A DNA stretch of 63,712 bases from an uncultured virus (IMG/VR IMGVR_UViG_3300037067_013648) (taxonomy: Duplodnaviria > Heunggongvirae > Uroviricota > Caudoviricetes): IMG/VR virus record IMGVR_UViG_3300037067_013648; one strand, written 5' to 3'. Every line of letters begins with the position of its first letter. The stretch's first letter is position 1. Of the stretch, positions 1 through 10,520 are shown piece after piece. A program made the translations under genes and the position numbers. The notes beneath the pieces were generated by a model, which searched no databases, was not told where the DNA came from, and was given only the letters and a program-made list of their open reading frames with translations.

Positions 1-1
1 T

Positions 2-130
2 GTTTCTAATGAAACTGAGGAACCTGGATTACCAGAAGAACCTGGATTACCAGAAGAACCTGGATTGCCAGAAGAACCTGGATTACCAGAAGAGATTGAA
101 AAACCTGGATTACCAGAAGAGCCAAAGTAA
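2..130 (+). CDS. 3' end of a gene running off the window; acidic Pro-rich EEPGLP repeat tail
   Basis: Frame 2 reads VSNETEEPGLPEEPGLPEEPGLPEEPGLPEEIEKPGLPEEPK, stop TAA 128-130. Confidence 0.75.
   Translation, partial: VSNETEEPGLPEEPGLPEEPGLPEEPGLPEEIEKPGLPEEPK
17..124 (+). repeat. 18-bp coding tandem repeat GAAGAACCTGGATTACCA (4 tandem copies plus 1 offset)
   Basis: Directly visible. Confidence 0.9.
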
Positions 131-1342
131 TTAATATTCTCCTGGTATTTCTACTAAATCACCCCATACATTTTTATTATTTTTAAAAAAATTGTAGTTT
201 TGTGATCCAATTATTCCCCATATTACACTGTAATTTCTTTTATTTGGCATATTACATTCACCATCAGTTAAAATAAGATTGGCATTGGCTACTAAATTGT
301 TTTCTTCAATATATTTTAAAACTGATTCAAAACAAGTTCCGCCACGACCAAGTATTTCAATTTTTTGCCAATCTCCTTTATGATAATTAGTGACTTTTTG
401 AACCTTGCTATCAAATTCAATCAATGTTATTTTAAATTTTTGAGATATTGATTCAATTTCGCCAAATATTGTTTCTAACATTTTAGTATACATAGATGCG
501 CTTACATCAACCATTATTGTTAATTTGCTTCCTCCATGTGATGAAGTTCCTTTTATACCAAACTTCATTCTTTTTCTATTAATCCTTGCATATGTTTTTC
601 TTTTTTGTCCTATTGTTCTACCAAGTAAATTTCTTAAATAATGAATATAGTTAACTTTTGATACTTGTATTTGTTTAATATATTCTGATAAATGTCCAGG
701 TGTACTACCTGCAGATTTTGATGCTGTTTTAACTATTTCTTTGATGGTTTGACGTGCTTCATCTTTTGATGCATCACTTTTTTTCCAAATATCATGATTA
801 TCGTGTAACGATACATGAATTGTGTTACCGTTTGATAATTTTAATAACCAACCATTATTGCTATTTATTATTTTAGAGTTTTTAATTATCCATTCTGCTA
901 CTTCTTCACTTGAATAATTAATAGTATTAAAAAATGATAAATCTATATTTTTCCATTTATCATCATTTGGATCAGGTATGAACATTCCACTGTCTGGAAG
1001 GTTTTCTATTGATTTACTAGTTTTACGTCCATTTATTAACATATCCTGAGATATGTTGTTTATTACATGATGTTTTTCACTTGATCCTATTGGCCTATAT
1101 AAATGCATTCTTACTATATGTTCAATTTCATGTCTTATTACTGCTATTAATTCATCTACAGATAATTTGTTGCACCAATCTTTATTGTAAAAGCAATTTA
1201 TTCTACCACCCCTTTTTATTGCTACTCCCATTGTTCCTACAGTTTCATCCTCGATCCAATCTATTCTATTAGAAAATACACCATACCATGGTTGTGTGAT
1301 TTGTATTTTACATCTTGCATTCATTAACTTATCTTCATTCAT
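131..1342 (-). CDS. DUF2201-type metallopeptidase-like + VWA domain protein
   Basis: HEIEH (HExxH) N-terminal; DVSASM MIDAS, GRGGT, LTDG C-terminal; adjacent to MoxR ATPase. Confidence 0.85.
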   Translation of the reverse strand: MNEDKLMNARCKIQITQPWYGVFSNRIDWIEDETVGTMGVAIKRGGRINCFYNKDWCNKLSVDELIAVIRHEIEHIVRMHLYRPIGSSEKHHVINNISQDMLINGRKTSKSIENLPDSGMFIPDPNDDKWKNIDLSFFNTINYSSEEVAEWIIKNSKIINSNNGWLLKLSNGNTIHVSLHDNHDIWKKSDASKDEARQTIKEIVKTASKSAGSTPGHLSEYIKQIQVSKVNYIHYLRNLLGRTIGQKRKTYARINRKRMKFGIKGTSSHGGSKLTIMVDVSASMYTKMLETIFGEIESISQKFKITLIEFDSKVQKVTNYHKGDWQKIEILGRGGTCFESVLKYIEENNLVANANLILTDGECNMPNKRNYSVIWGIIGSQNYNFFKNNKNVWGDLVEIPGEY

Positions 1343-1344
1343 AA

Positions 1345-2709
1345 TTAGCCTTTATTTAAACTTATTTCTTTACCCCATGAAGTTATTTGAACATCCTTTG
1401 CTAATTCTGGATCTTTAATAATGTTATCATACCAAATTCTTGGTTTAGATTGTTTACTTAATAATCTCTGAATTGAAGGATTTATTAGTGCTACACCCCT
1501 TAAGCTTGAATCAAGTTCGTTATTGGTAATGGCACGACAGAATCCAACTGCTAAATCTTTATAGTTATTGTTATTTATTAACCATTTACAGAATGATAAA
1601 GCATTTCTAATTTGTTGTTCAGTTGGATCTTTTATTGACGTAGCCATGTTAGCTACACCATACATAAGACCTTGAACTTCTTGACGTTGCATACTATGTA
1701 ATGATTTACTAACTCTGGTATTAATACCTTCATTCATTATATCTTTTGGATAAATATCTGATGACCATGATTTATACGCTTCAGCTATAGCGTTACCAAC
1801 TAATCCTTGTAATAATTCAGTTCTTATTTTATTTTTATTGATATCATCTTTAAATATAGTAGAATTTTTAATAGCTGTTTCTATTCGCAATACAAATTCC
1901 CATGATCTTGGATTTGGTTCAATAATTAATTCTTCTGCTCCATCTTCTGTTTGAATTAAATGTTCTATATTACCGGCACAAAATTGACTTATTTTGTCTG
2001 ATATATCGCTATTACTAATTTTCTTTATATATTGCATCCATTCCATAGTATAATCAGTGTCAATTTCAATTTTGACATGACACCAACGAGATGTAAATGC
2101 AGCGTCAGATATGAATGTATTTGTACGATATCTAGTTCCAGACGGATTACCAGCAGCAACAATTAAGATATGTGATGGCAATTCATAACTGCCAGTTTTC
2201 TTATCAAGAATAAGTTCGAATAATGCTTGTAATACATCATCTTCTGCTCTGTTTACTTCATCAAGGAATAGAATACCTTTATGATATTCAACTGCTCCTT
2301 TTAATGGCCATTTTTCATCAACTTCAGTTTTAAAAGAACCATTTTCTTTGTATTTGTCAGATTCAATTATTTCAGTATAAAATGGAGATACTTCAGGTTT
2401 TTTATCAGAATTTTTACCCCAAGTATTACCATGTTCATCTATGAAATTGCCATGAGGTAAATCAGAAGGAGGAAGATAAATGAATTTATCACCGTCTTTA
2501 TCTGGAAGTCCTCTTAATTCAGATGCCTCCATTTGTGCTGCACGCATATCCCTATAAAAATAGGGTATAGATTCATTAAAATGAAATTTGTTTAAACAAT
2601 ATGTCTTAATAGACTTGCTTTTGCCAGTTCCGCGTGGTCCCCATATAAATAATGGGACATCAGCATCATGACAAATATTAATTGCTCTAACAATATCTGA
2701 AAAAATCAT
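1345..2709 (-). CDS. MoxR-like AAA+ ATPase
   Basis: Walker A GPRGTGKS, Walker B ILFLDEVNRA, AAGNP sensor I. Confidence 0.88.
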   Translation of the reverse strand: MIFSDIVRAINICHDADVPLFIWGPRGTGKSKSIKTYCLNKFHFNESIPYFYRDMRAAQMEASELRGLPDKDGDKFIYLPPSDLPHGNFIDEHGNTWGKNSDKKPEVSPFYTEIIESDKYKENGSFKTEVDEKWPLKGAVEYHKGILFLDEVNRAEDDVLQALFELILDKKTGSYELPSHILIVAAGNPSGTRYRTNTFISDAAFTSRWCHVKIEIDTDYTMEWMQYIKKISNSDISDKISQFCAGNIEHLIQTEDGAEELIIEPNPRSWEFVLRIETAIKNSTIFKDDINKNKIRTELLQGLVGNAIAEAYKSWSSDIYPKDIMNEGINTRVSKSLHSMQRQEVQGLMYGVANMATSIKDPTEQQIRNALSFCKWLINNNNYKDLAVGFCRAITNNELDSSLRGVALINPSIQRLLSKQSKPRIWYDNIIKDPELAKDVQITSWGKEISLNKG

Positions 2710-3155
2710 TTTGAACCCTCCATTTTCTTGTAACCTTTCTTTTTTAATTTCTCTGTTTCTTTTTCAATATTGGATAACTTATAGCTTTTTACATTGCTAT
2801 TATTAAATTTATCGTTATATATATTAATAGTTTTATAAGTACTATTATCGTGATTTATTATAACAAATGATTTTAATACTATTGAACTATTAAATTTAGA
2901 TTGTTTGATCCATACTTCACCATTACTAAGATCTTGCCATGGATTAAAATTACTATTTTCTATTTTTGGTATATTATTTGACTTATTTTTTTGATCTAAT
3001 GATCTAATTCTGTCATGGTAAATCCTGGATATTTCGCCATTTGGTTTTTTTAATTTGACAGTTTTACCATTATCACATATTTCTATTATTTCACATATTT
3101 CATCACTTATAATGTTGTTATGTGACAAAAATTTTACTTTATCATGTAATTCCAT
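2706..3155 (-). CDS. hypothetical protein (N-terminal SH3/KOW-like beta domain possible)
   Basis: ORF with GAGG RBS, overlaps start of ATPase gene. Confidence 0.6.
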   Translation of the reverse strand: MELHDKVKFLSHNNIISDEICEIIEICDNGKTVKLKKPNGEISRIYHDRIRSLDQKNKSNNIPKIENSNFNPWQDLSNGEVWIKQSKFNSSIVLKSFVIINHDNSTYKTINIYNDKFNNSNVKSYKLSNIEKETEKLKKKGYKKMEGSK

Positions 3156-3222
3156 ATTATTTCCTCATATTTTTATAACGACCTTTAAAAATTTGTAAAG
3201 ATTGTTATAAAGAATTATAATT

Positions 3223-3822
3223 ATGATACCGTTTATAGCACCAGATAAGCCGATAAGGACCTCAGTTGAATTTTTAAATGATCTTGATATAGAAGATTGG
3301 TCTATTGAAATGAAGCTGGACGGATATAGAATAGAAATTAGTAAAGATAATAATATTGTGACTGCTCGTAGCCGTCATGGTTTAATATTGAATATTGATA
3401 GTTACTTTTATAATTATTTTAATAAAATTATGGATAATGGATGGGCAATTGATGCTGAATGGGTAAATCATAATAGAATTAAAGCAATAAATAAAAATCT
3501 TAACTCTGATTTACCATTAATTGAATGTATTGGAGTTCATGATATAACTTGGATGAATGGAAAGTATGTTGGCAATTTAACTCTTAAAGAACGTAGAAAT
3601 TGTGATTTATATAATATAATACCATTTTCAGAAATTAGTAATTTATCTATATTCAGAATACCTATATTATCTTCTGGAAGTATTTTAAATTTCTATAATA
3701 TGCAAGCTGATATTAAAATGAGTGAAGGAATTGTTATTAAAAAATTAAGTTCCAAATTAATTGGATCTAAAACTCAATCTGTTAAAAACCCTAGCTGGTA
3801 TAAAATTAAATACCGCAACTAA
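3223..3822 (+). CDS. ATP-dependent DNA ligase-like nucleotidyltransferase, adenylation domain only
   Basis: Motif I EMKLDGYR, III IDAE, IIIa VHDI, IV EGIVIK, V WYKIK; ends 3 aa after motif V. Confidence 0.8.
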   Translation: MIPFIAPDKPIRTSVEFLNDLDIEDWSIEMKLDGYRIEISKDNNIVTARSRHGLILNIDSYFYNYFNKIMDNGWAIDAEWVNHNRIKAINKNLNSDLPLIECIGVHDITWMNGKYVGNLTLKERRNCDLYNIIPFSEISNLSIFRIPILSSGSILNFYNMQADIKMSEGIVIKKLSSKLIGSKTQSVKNPSWYKIKYRN

Positions 3823-3835
3823 TCATGGAGATTTT

Positions 3836-4639
3836 ATGAGTCTAGCTAATTGTTCGGCTATTATGCCTCATCTGACACATTCAGATGAGCAATTATTTGC
3901 TGAATTAATGCCATCAATAAGAAGTTTATATAATAAAGTTTTCAATAGTAGTCCAAAATATACTTTGGATGATGCTATATCTGATGCATGGGAAGGTTAT
4001 ATAAAAGCTAAAGATCATGATAATAAACCGCCATCTATAGCTGGAAAGATAATTAAGTGTCCAAAATGCCATCATGACAATAAAATGCCAGAAATAATGG
4101 AATCTGATAATACTGCTATTGCTTCTAATGATAGAACATTTAATTTGAAATGTACTGATTGTGGTAGTACATGGGAACATGTAGTTAGAAAGTCTCAATT
4201 TTCAACTTGTGTATATCACTTTATGAGGGGCGAAATTCAGCGTGGAGCACGTGATAGTCGTAGATGTGGTATGACTAGAGGAAAGAAATCGAAAGGTGAT
4301 TTTAAAAATAAATTTAGTGTTAATTCTGTAATTAGTATTGATACATTTAGCGATAATTCTGATCATATATGTAAAGCTATAGCAATAGATAATAATCAAT
4401 ATGGTATAAGTAATGAAGCAAAAAGGCGTATTAATGCTTACATTAGTAAGTTACCAGAACGACATCAAGAAGTAATTTGCAGGATGTTTGGATTTGAATA
4501 TCATGGAGAAATAATGGGAGAAATGACGCAAGCACAAATAGCAGATACACTAGGCATAACACGTCAACGTATATGTGCTATTATTAATTCTGCTTTTGAA
4601 AAATTAAGACAGGAATTAAAAGAATGCTACGACTTTTGA
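3836..4639 (+). CDS. phage sigma70-family RNA polymerase sigma factor with Zn-ribbon insertion
   Basis: Region 2-like DDAISDAWEGYIKA...FSTCVYHFMRGEI; region 4 HTH LPERHQEVI...MTQAQIADTLGITRQRI; ATG 3836 after GGAG. Confidence 0.82.
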   Translation: MSLANCSAIMPHLTHSDEQLFAELMPSIRSLYNKVFNSSPKYTLDDAISDAWEGYIKAKDHDNKPPSIAGKIIKCPKCHHDNKMPEIMESDNTAIASNDRTFNLKCTDCGSTWEHVVRKSQFSTCVYHFMRGEIQRGARDSRRCGMTRGKKSKGDFKNKFSVNSVISIDTFSDNSDHICKAIAIDNNQYGISNEAKRRINAYISKLPERHQEVICRMFGFEYHGEIMGEMTQAQIADTLGITRQRICAIINSAFEKLRQELKECYDF

Positions 4640-4857
4640 TCCCTGTTTTTGATTTCTGACCAAATTTTATTACCAATTATATTTACAAAATCTTGTGAAT
4701 CATAATCAGAAAGATTTTGTAAATCTTGTATTTTTTCAAGTGAGATATTGAATTCAATTTTTAATTGTGGTTCAAATGAATTATCAATTAAAACTTTTGA
4801 TACTTTAATATCTTTAATTAAATTTTGTATTAAATTTTGTATTAGTTCTTTATTCAT
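4627..4857 (-). CDS. hypothetical protein
   Basis: ORF track; class C-like motif upstream. Confidence 0.55.
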   Translation of the reverse strand: MNKELIQNLIQNLIKDIKVSKVLIDNSFEPQLKIEFNISLEKIQDLQNLSDYDSQDFVNIIGNKIWSEIKNRDQKS

Positions 4858-4872
4858 ATTGTATATACTTGT

Positions 4873-5364
4873 GTGAATATGGATAAAATTTTAAAAAATT
4901 TGGTAAAAATAAACTCTGACAGATTAGGAGCATTAAAAAATACTACTGCTATATTATGTAAAAGCGAATCAGGTTCAATATACAAATTATTAAATGGTGA
5001 ATCAAATAATTGGTGGTGGAGATCAATAAGTGGTAGTGAAATTAGTCCAGAATATTATGCAATTGTTATGTTTGTTAGTTATATGAATGCTGGGAAAATG
5101 GTATCAATACCACAATTTAGATTGTTAATTAATAATACTATAAGTAATACAAAGACACCTATATCTTCAACTATAACAGGATTGTTAATAGGTAACATAT
5201 TATTTATAAAAGATGCTTATTATGATCCAAATTATAAACTTGATTTTCAAATAGAGGTTGAAAATAATATTAAATTAAAATATAGTAGATTAACAAATAA
5301 TGTATGTTTTAGAGGAATTTTTGATATTAGAACATGTTGTTATTATCATTATGTTTCCGGTTAG
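4873..5364 (+). CDS. hypothetical protein
   Basis: ORF track. Confidence 0.55.
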   Translation: MNMDKILKNLVKINSDRLGALKNTTAILCKSESGSIYKLLNGESNNWWWRSISGSEISPEYYAIVMFVSYMNAGKMVSIPQFRLLINNTISNTKTPISSTITGLLIGNILFIKDAYYDPNYKLDFQIEVENNIKLKYSRLTNNVCFRGIFDIRTCCYYHYVSG

Positions 5365-5384
5365 TTCGACAAATATATAGGGTA

Positions 5385-8300
5385 GTGACTAACAATCCGT
5401 ACTTTAAACTCTTTCCTCTTAATAATGCACGTACTGGTTATAAACCATATGCGATGCCAATTATATATATAGAAAGGAACAGACTATCTCCAGATGGTTT
5501 AGCAATAGGTGATTCTGCTACACAAAAAATAAGGTATTATATTGTTAATGCACCAGATCAATCAAAAGTTGCTGGACCGTTTAACACTAATTTACGTGTA
5601 CCAAATTTTGCATTATATGAAGTTGATTTAACTGAACAACAGTTATTGGAAAAGAAAATTCAAGTAAGCAATTTTCAATTTTACAGTAAATCTATCGATT
5701 CATCAGGCAATATAGTTTATACTGCTAAAGATTTTTCTGATGTTGTAGATGGTGATTATTTTGACTATACCTTAAGTTATAATAATGTAACAGATAAAGT
5801 AGAATATTATTCTGATGCATATTACTATGATCTTTCAGATATAGAAATATCTGTTGATAATTTACCAAAACCAAAAAGATATTACTTTGTTTGGGAAGCA
5901 ACATTTTTTAATAGGATATCAACTAGTAATGGTAATATGAAATGTATTGGCGCTGAACCAGGAATGGTTAATAGTATTTTAGAAGTTAATCATCCTGGTG
6001 AAGTCCATAATTTAATAGTAAAAAGTACTCCATCGTTATATTTTAACTATGAAGGATTTAAAGAAACAACAGATCCTACTATTGAATTTTATAGACCGTT
6101 TGCTGATTTATTACAGGACATTTTTGATGAGCAGGAATTATTAGACGGCATCAATAGAATTGATACAATACCAGTAGCATTTATACCATATTTAGCTTAT
6201 CTAATTGGCTGGGATTTACCAAATTATCCAGGAGTATCAGATAATCTTAGAAGACAAATATTGAAACGTGCTGTTCATTTACAAAAATTAAAAGGATCAA
6301 AAAGAGTAATAAATGAATTATTTGAAATGTTTGGATTTACTATTGATATAGTTAATTTATGGGCTGATAAAAATGGTGACAAATTATTAGGAATGAATGA
6401 CGGACTTAGTTCAGAATTAACAGTACAAGTTGATCAATTAGTATCAAATTATGATGGATCAGGATACAGTGTTGGTAATATACCGATAACATTCGTTCCT
6501 GATAAAAATGTTCAAGTATCAATATATGCATATCAAGTTAAAATAGGTAGTGAAGATTATACAAAATTAATAAATTTTTCAAATAATTTATCATCTAATC
6601 TTGAATACTATAATGATAATATTGTTAGATACGATATAAATAATAATATCATTACAGAATCAATTAATAATTTAAATCATTCATTTACTAAGGGATTAAT
6701 TAATTCTAATAATATATTGATAAATGGTGACACTTATAGTTTAACTGGTAGAAATATAATAAGTTCAACTAATGTTTCATATGATAAAAATAAAAATATA
6801 ATATTTTTAAATTTTGATCATGAATTAAGTGTTGATGGCGGAAAAATATTTGTATTTGCAATATATCAAAGAACTAAAATTGTTATTCCAAGCGATATTA
6901 AAAACACAAGATCAAGTAAATTCGATGTACAAATACTAAATAAAAATGATAGTCCAGTAGATTATAATTTATTAATATATTTATTGTCGTTCATATTTAA
7001 ATTAAAATCATTCCATTCATTATTAAGAAAAATAAAACAAGATTCTAATACTTATGAAGTTTATAATGTTACTGACTTTTGTTTATCAGTTACAGACACA
7101 TTAAAACCGAATACTGATTTAGGAGATTTACAAGTACCTCCAGCAATTATACCAACTGAAGATAATAATTGTGTTGATACACAAAGAGGGTTTAAACAAA
7201 CAGATATAAATTTAAAAAATATAGTGTATAATGGATTAGAAGAAGAATTTAATAGTTGGAAAAATCAAAGAACAAAAGATGCTAATGGCAATATTATAGG
7301 TGATAATTGTTCTCTGACTCCAGAAGGGCAAGATAGAGTACTACCAACTACTACTGATTTTGATCAAAATATTGACAATAGACAGACATATTGTGAAGAT
7401 AGCAAGTTAAAACCAGATTTTTGCTATAAAGGAAGAGTAATTGAAGAATTATCTATTAATAATGAAACAATATTGGAAGAATCATATAATAACGTACCTT
7501 GTTCTTTAAAATTAGGAAATGGAACTTATTGGGAAGAATATTCAAAAACTGAATTAAATAAACAAAAAAATTGTTTTTTAAGTTCAAGATTAAAATTTGT
7601 AAAAAATGATCTTAAAACATTACATTATAGTGCTTATCCATATTTTAAATTAGATAATAGTCAGAATACACTGGCTCTTAACCCAGCCTCACTTAATATA
7701 GAAAAAGAACACTTAGGATTCCCATCTCATAGATTTTTATCATTAGCATATTTATATAATGATTATAATTATACTCAAGATAATATTTCACTTGGATATG
7801 ATTTAGTACGCAAAAGACCATGGGATATAGATAGAATTTGTGGAATATATAATAATGAACTAAATGCAGTATTATCAAATATTGAAGGAATACAGGTAAG
7901 AATTTATTATGATGGATCAACTTATAACATTTATGATTTAATCACTGGATTATTAATAAAATCTGGACTTATTAGTTATTCTGACGCTGAAACATATGTT
8001 TATAGTAATGGATTATTTGTTCAACAAACAATTTCATGGGATAATTCTGATCTTGTATTAACTGGCAACAAAATTGAATCTGAAATGAATTTAAATGATC
8101 ATACTATTACAACAGGTGATGATAGGTTAATAACACATAATATTTATCAAAATACTACTATTAATCCATATGTACAAGATGATTTTACTATAACTTCTAG
8201 TTCAAAAATATCAACTAGTGGTAATTTTGGAGAAATATTTAGTAGTGCATGTAATAATGAGGATTTTATTGATGGATATCCATCAGAATATAATACTATT

Positions 8301-9185
8301 CCAATAAGTTGGAATTATAGATATGATTCACCTGATCTTAGCGGATTTATAGATCGTTCGGCTATAGCTTCTGGAATAGGATTAGGTTTAGGCACATTAC
8401 AAACTAGTGCTAGATTTTTTGGTAAATCAATGATATTCGTTGATAAGTCTAATACCATTGAATACAATAGAGTTGTGCCGTATAGACTTGATTGTAGTTG
8501 TAAAGTTAGTAGTTGTGATCCTAGTGATGTCACATCGTTGTCGTTAAGTTACTGTGATGATGATCCATTATTTGATAGTTCTGGTAATCTTGATCCATCA
8601 CCAGATAAAATTGAATTTGATTTTGCTGCTGTATTAATTGAAAATATATCAACTTGTACAAGACTTTCCAATCATGAAATAGAAAATTTATTCTGTCTTA
8701 ATTCTGGTTGTTCATTGCCATCTACTGGATCTTTTAAATATAAAGATGATTATGATATTATTTATGAAGTATCATGGGTTGTTGTAGAAGGAATAACTGA
8801 TATTATTACTGTCACAAAAGATCCAAGAATACCAGGAATTGATTCATCTGGATATGTAAAAGATGGTGCTGTTTATCGTAAAGGTGTCATAACTACCATT
8901 AGACAAATTATTGTTAATAATATTGTAGAAGCTGAAGGCACTGAGCAGATTGTAGGATACTATCAATCTAATTTGAAATGTGGTGATGTAAGATTTGAGA
9001 ATCCATTTGCATATGGTATTGATTGTGCATTCCAAGATAATGTTGAAGTGTTTGTATCAAATGGTCCTAGATGGATAGATCCTTCAACTATAGGGTCTGG
9101 TGTTGGATCAGTATGGTCAGATCCTTCTATTACTGGCACTGGTTCTGATGATTCATTAATATGGATAGATTTTGTTACTCCATAA
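5385..9185 (+). CDS. large baseplate wedge/tail protein with P2 gpI-like domain
   Basis: IPVAFIPYLAYLIGWD...LRRQILKRAVHLQKLKGSKRVINELFEMFG resembles Tail_P2_I; likely start GTG 5385 after CAAATATATA. Confidence 0.72.
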   Translation: MTNNPYFKLFPLNNARTGYKPYAMPIIYIERNRLSPDGLAIGDSATQKIRYYIVNAPDQSKVAGPFNTNLRVPNFALYEVDLTEQQLLEKKIQVSNFQFYSKSIDSSGNIVYTAKDFSDVVDGDYFDYTLSYNNVTDKVEYYSDAYYYDLSDIEISVDNLPKPKRYYFVWEATFFNRISTSNGNMKCIGAEPGMVNSILEVNHPGEVHNLIVKSTPSLYFNYEGFKETTDPTIEFYRPFADLLQDIFDEQELLDGINRIDTIPVAFIPYLAYLIGWDLPNYPGVSDNLRRQILKRAVHLQKLKGSKRVINELFEMFGFTIDIVNLWADKNGDKLLGMNDGLSSELTVQVDQLVSNYDGSGYSVGNIPITFVPDKNVQVSIYAYQVKIGSEDYTKLINFSNNLSSNLEYYNDNIVRYDINNNIITESINNLNHSFTKGLINSNNILINGDTYSLTGRNIISSTNVSYDKNKNIIFLNFDHELSVDGGKIFVFAIYQRTKIVIPSDIKNTRSSKFDVQILNKNDSPVDYNLLIYLLSFIFKLKSFHSLLRKIKQDSNTYEVYNVTDFCLSVTDTLKPNTDLGDLQVPPAIIPTEDNNCVDTQRGFKQTDINLKNIVYNGLEEEFNSWKNQRTKDANGNIIGDNCSLTPEGQDRVLPTTTDFDQNIDNRQTYCEDSKLKPDFCYKGRVIEELSINNETILEESYNNVPCSLKLGNGTYWEEYSKTELNKQKNCFLSSRLKFVKNDLKTLHYSAYPYFKLDNSQNTLALNPASLNIEKEHLGFPSHRFLSLAYLYNDYNYTQDNISLGYDLVRKRPWDIDRICGIYNNELNAVLSNIEGIQVRIYYDGSTYNIYDLITGLLIKSGLISYSDAETYVYSNGLFVQQTISWDNSDLVLTGNKIESEMNLNDHTITTGDDRLITHNIYQNTTINPYVQDDFTITSSSKISTSGNFGEIFSSACNNEDFIDGYPSEYNTIPISWNYRYDSPDLSGFIDRSAIASGIGLGLGTLQTSARFFGKSMIFVDKSNTIEYNRVVPYRLDCSCKVSSCDPSDVTSLSLSYCDDDPLFDSSGNLDPSPDKIEFDFAAVLIENISTCTRLSNHEIENLFCLNSGCSLPSTGSFKYKDDYDIIYEVSWVVVEGITDIITVTKDPRIPGIDSSGYVKDGAVYRKGVITTIRQIIVNNIVEAEGTEQIVGYYQSNLKCGDVRFENPFAYGIDCAFQDNVEVFVSNGPRWIDPSTIGSGVGSVWSDPSITGTGSDDSLIWIDFVTP

Positions 9186-9204
9186 CATCAAAGATAACTA
9201 AGAT

Positions 9205-9630
9205 ATGAGTAAAATAAGTTCAAGATTGCAGATTGTATTAGAAGATATCAAAATGACTCATGATCATTGTGATAATATATCTAAACAATGTGCTAATATT
9301 AAAGAATTAGAACAAAATGTAATTAATCTCAGAAAAGAATTAGCTTATAGTAGAGATGCACTTTGTGCCGACTTGGCAAAAGAAATCAGAAAATTACAAA
9401 AAGATTTGAATGTTACAATTACAAGACTTGGATGTAATGTTGGATATAGGGCAAAATATATAACTTGTGAAGTAGTCCCATTTGATAATAAATGGAGTTT
9501 TTCTGCTACTGATTTTGGAAGAATGTTTTCTAAAAGATATCCAGAATGTTGCAAATTAGATTGTCCTATTACTACTTTAGCTAAATGCTTATCTGAATTT
9601 TTCTCTAATCAATATAGGTCGTTAAACTAA
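9205..9630 (+). CDS. hypothetical protein
   Basis: ORF track; within structural block. Confidence 0.6.
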   Translation: MSKISSRLQIVLEDIKMTHDHCDNISKQCANIKELEQNVINLRKELAYSRDALCADLAKEIRKLQKDLNVTITRLGCNVGYRAKYITCEVVPFDNKWSFSATDFGRMFSKRYPECCKLDCPITTLAKCLSEFFSNQYRSLN

Positions 9631-9875
9631 TGACATTTACAACTACTGGTGTGCCAATGGTAGGAATGTATTCAATACATACTGGTGCAAAGTACATTGA
9701 TCCAAAATCTAAAATAAAAAAGAGAGCTACTACAAAAACTACTAGATCACCATTTATGAATAAAGTTGATGCCGAAAAACAATATATCACTGGAGAAATG
9801 GATAATTCTGGCAAGAAAAAATCAAAAAAGTCGAAAATTGAAGAGAAGATAGATAATAAGGTAAAGGGTTATTAA
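9630..9875 (+). CDS. small basic hypothetical protein
   Basis: TAATG coupling to upstream gene. Confidence 0.55.
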   Translation: MTFTTTGVPMVGMYSIHTGAKYIDPKSKIKKRATTKTTRSPFMNKVDAEKQYITGEMDNSGKKKSKKSKIEEKIDNKVKGY

Positions 9876-10517
9876 ATGACTGATTTAGATAATAGAATTA
9901 GGCTTGATGAACCAATTGTTGATTTTACTAAATCTGGTTTAACTGGTCAGTTACATGATGATTATCCATTTCCTAATACTCAGGCAAGATTCGACTTGAT
10001 GAGGACATTTTTAATAGGTCTTTTAGCTAATCAAAGCTGTGATGAAGATATTCATGGAGAACCAGCAGAAAAAAGAACTGGTTCTTTATGGTTCAAAAAG
10101 AAATCTGCATTGTTAGAATTATATAATGGATCAAAATTTGATAATTTATCTAAATATATAGGTATAACTGTTGACGATGTTAAAGTATCTATTGAATCTG
10201 TTTTATTAAATATTTTATCTAATTTAAAATATTCTGCTCCTAAGGTTATATGGTGTGGTAGGTTTATTTTTGGAACTGATATGACAGTTATTGCCGTACC
10301 AGAGGCATATCAAGGATATGCCTCAATTAAAGACATACATCCTATTTTATATGTTGAAGGTAAATTAATAGATCCTAGAGATACTGTAATAGATGGAGGA
10401 AATCCATATTTTATTAGAATAAATGGTAATTTTGTTCCTTCAGCCAATCAGAAATATACAGTATTTTTAGAACATGTTACAAGTATCACTCAAGAAGATA
10501 TATTAAATCAAGGATAA
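9876..10517 (+). CDS. putative virion structural protein
   Basis: Context between baseplate-like genes. Confidence 0.55.
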   Translation: MTDLDNRIRLDEPIVDFTKSGLTGQLHDDYPFPNTQARFDLMRTFLIGLLANQSCDEDIHGEPAEKRTGSLWFKKKSALLELYNGSKFDNLSKYIGITVDDVKVSIESVLLNILSNLKYSAPKVIWCGRFIFGTDMTVIAVPEAYQGYASIKDIHPILYVEGKLIDPRDTVIDGGNPYFIRINGNFVPSANQKYTVFLEHVTSITQEDILNQG

Positions 10518-10520
10518 AGT

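Noticed and set aside
17..124. CRISPR array, here or in the Ser/Kelch repeats
   Set aside because: Repeats are contiguous, in-frame and coding, with no unique spacers and no cas genes.
5334..5384. Track start of the baseplate gene with signal-like MLLLSLCF
   Set aside because: Overlaps the upstream gene; GTG 5385 after the class C motif is more plausible.
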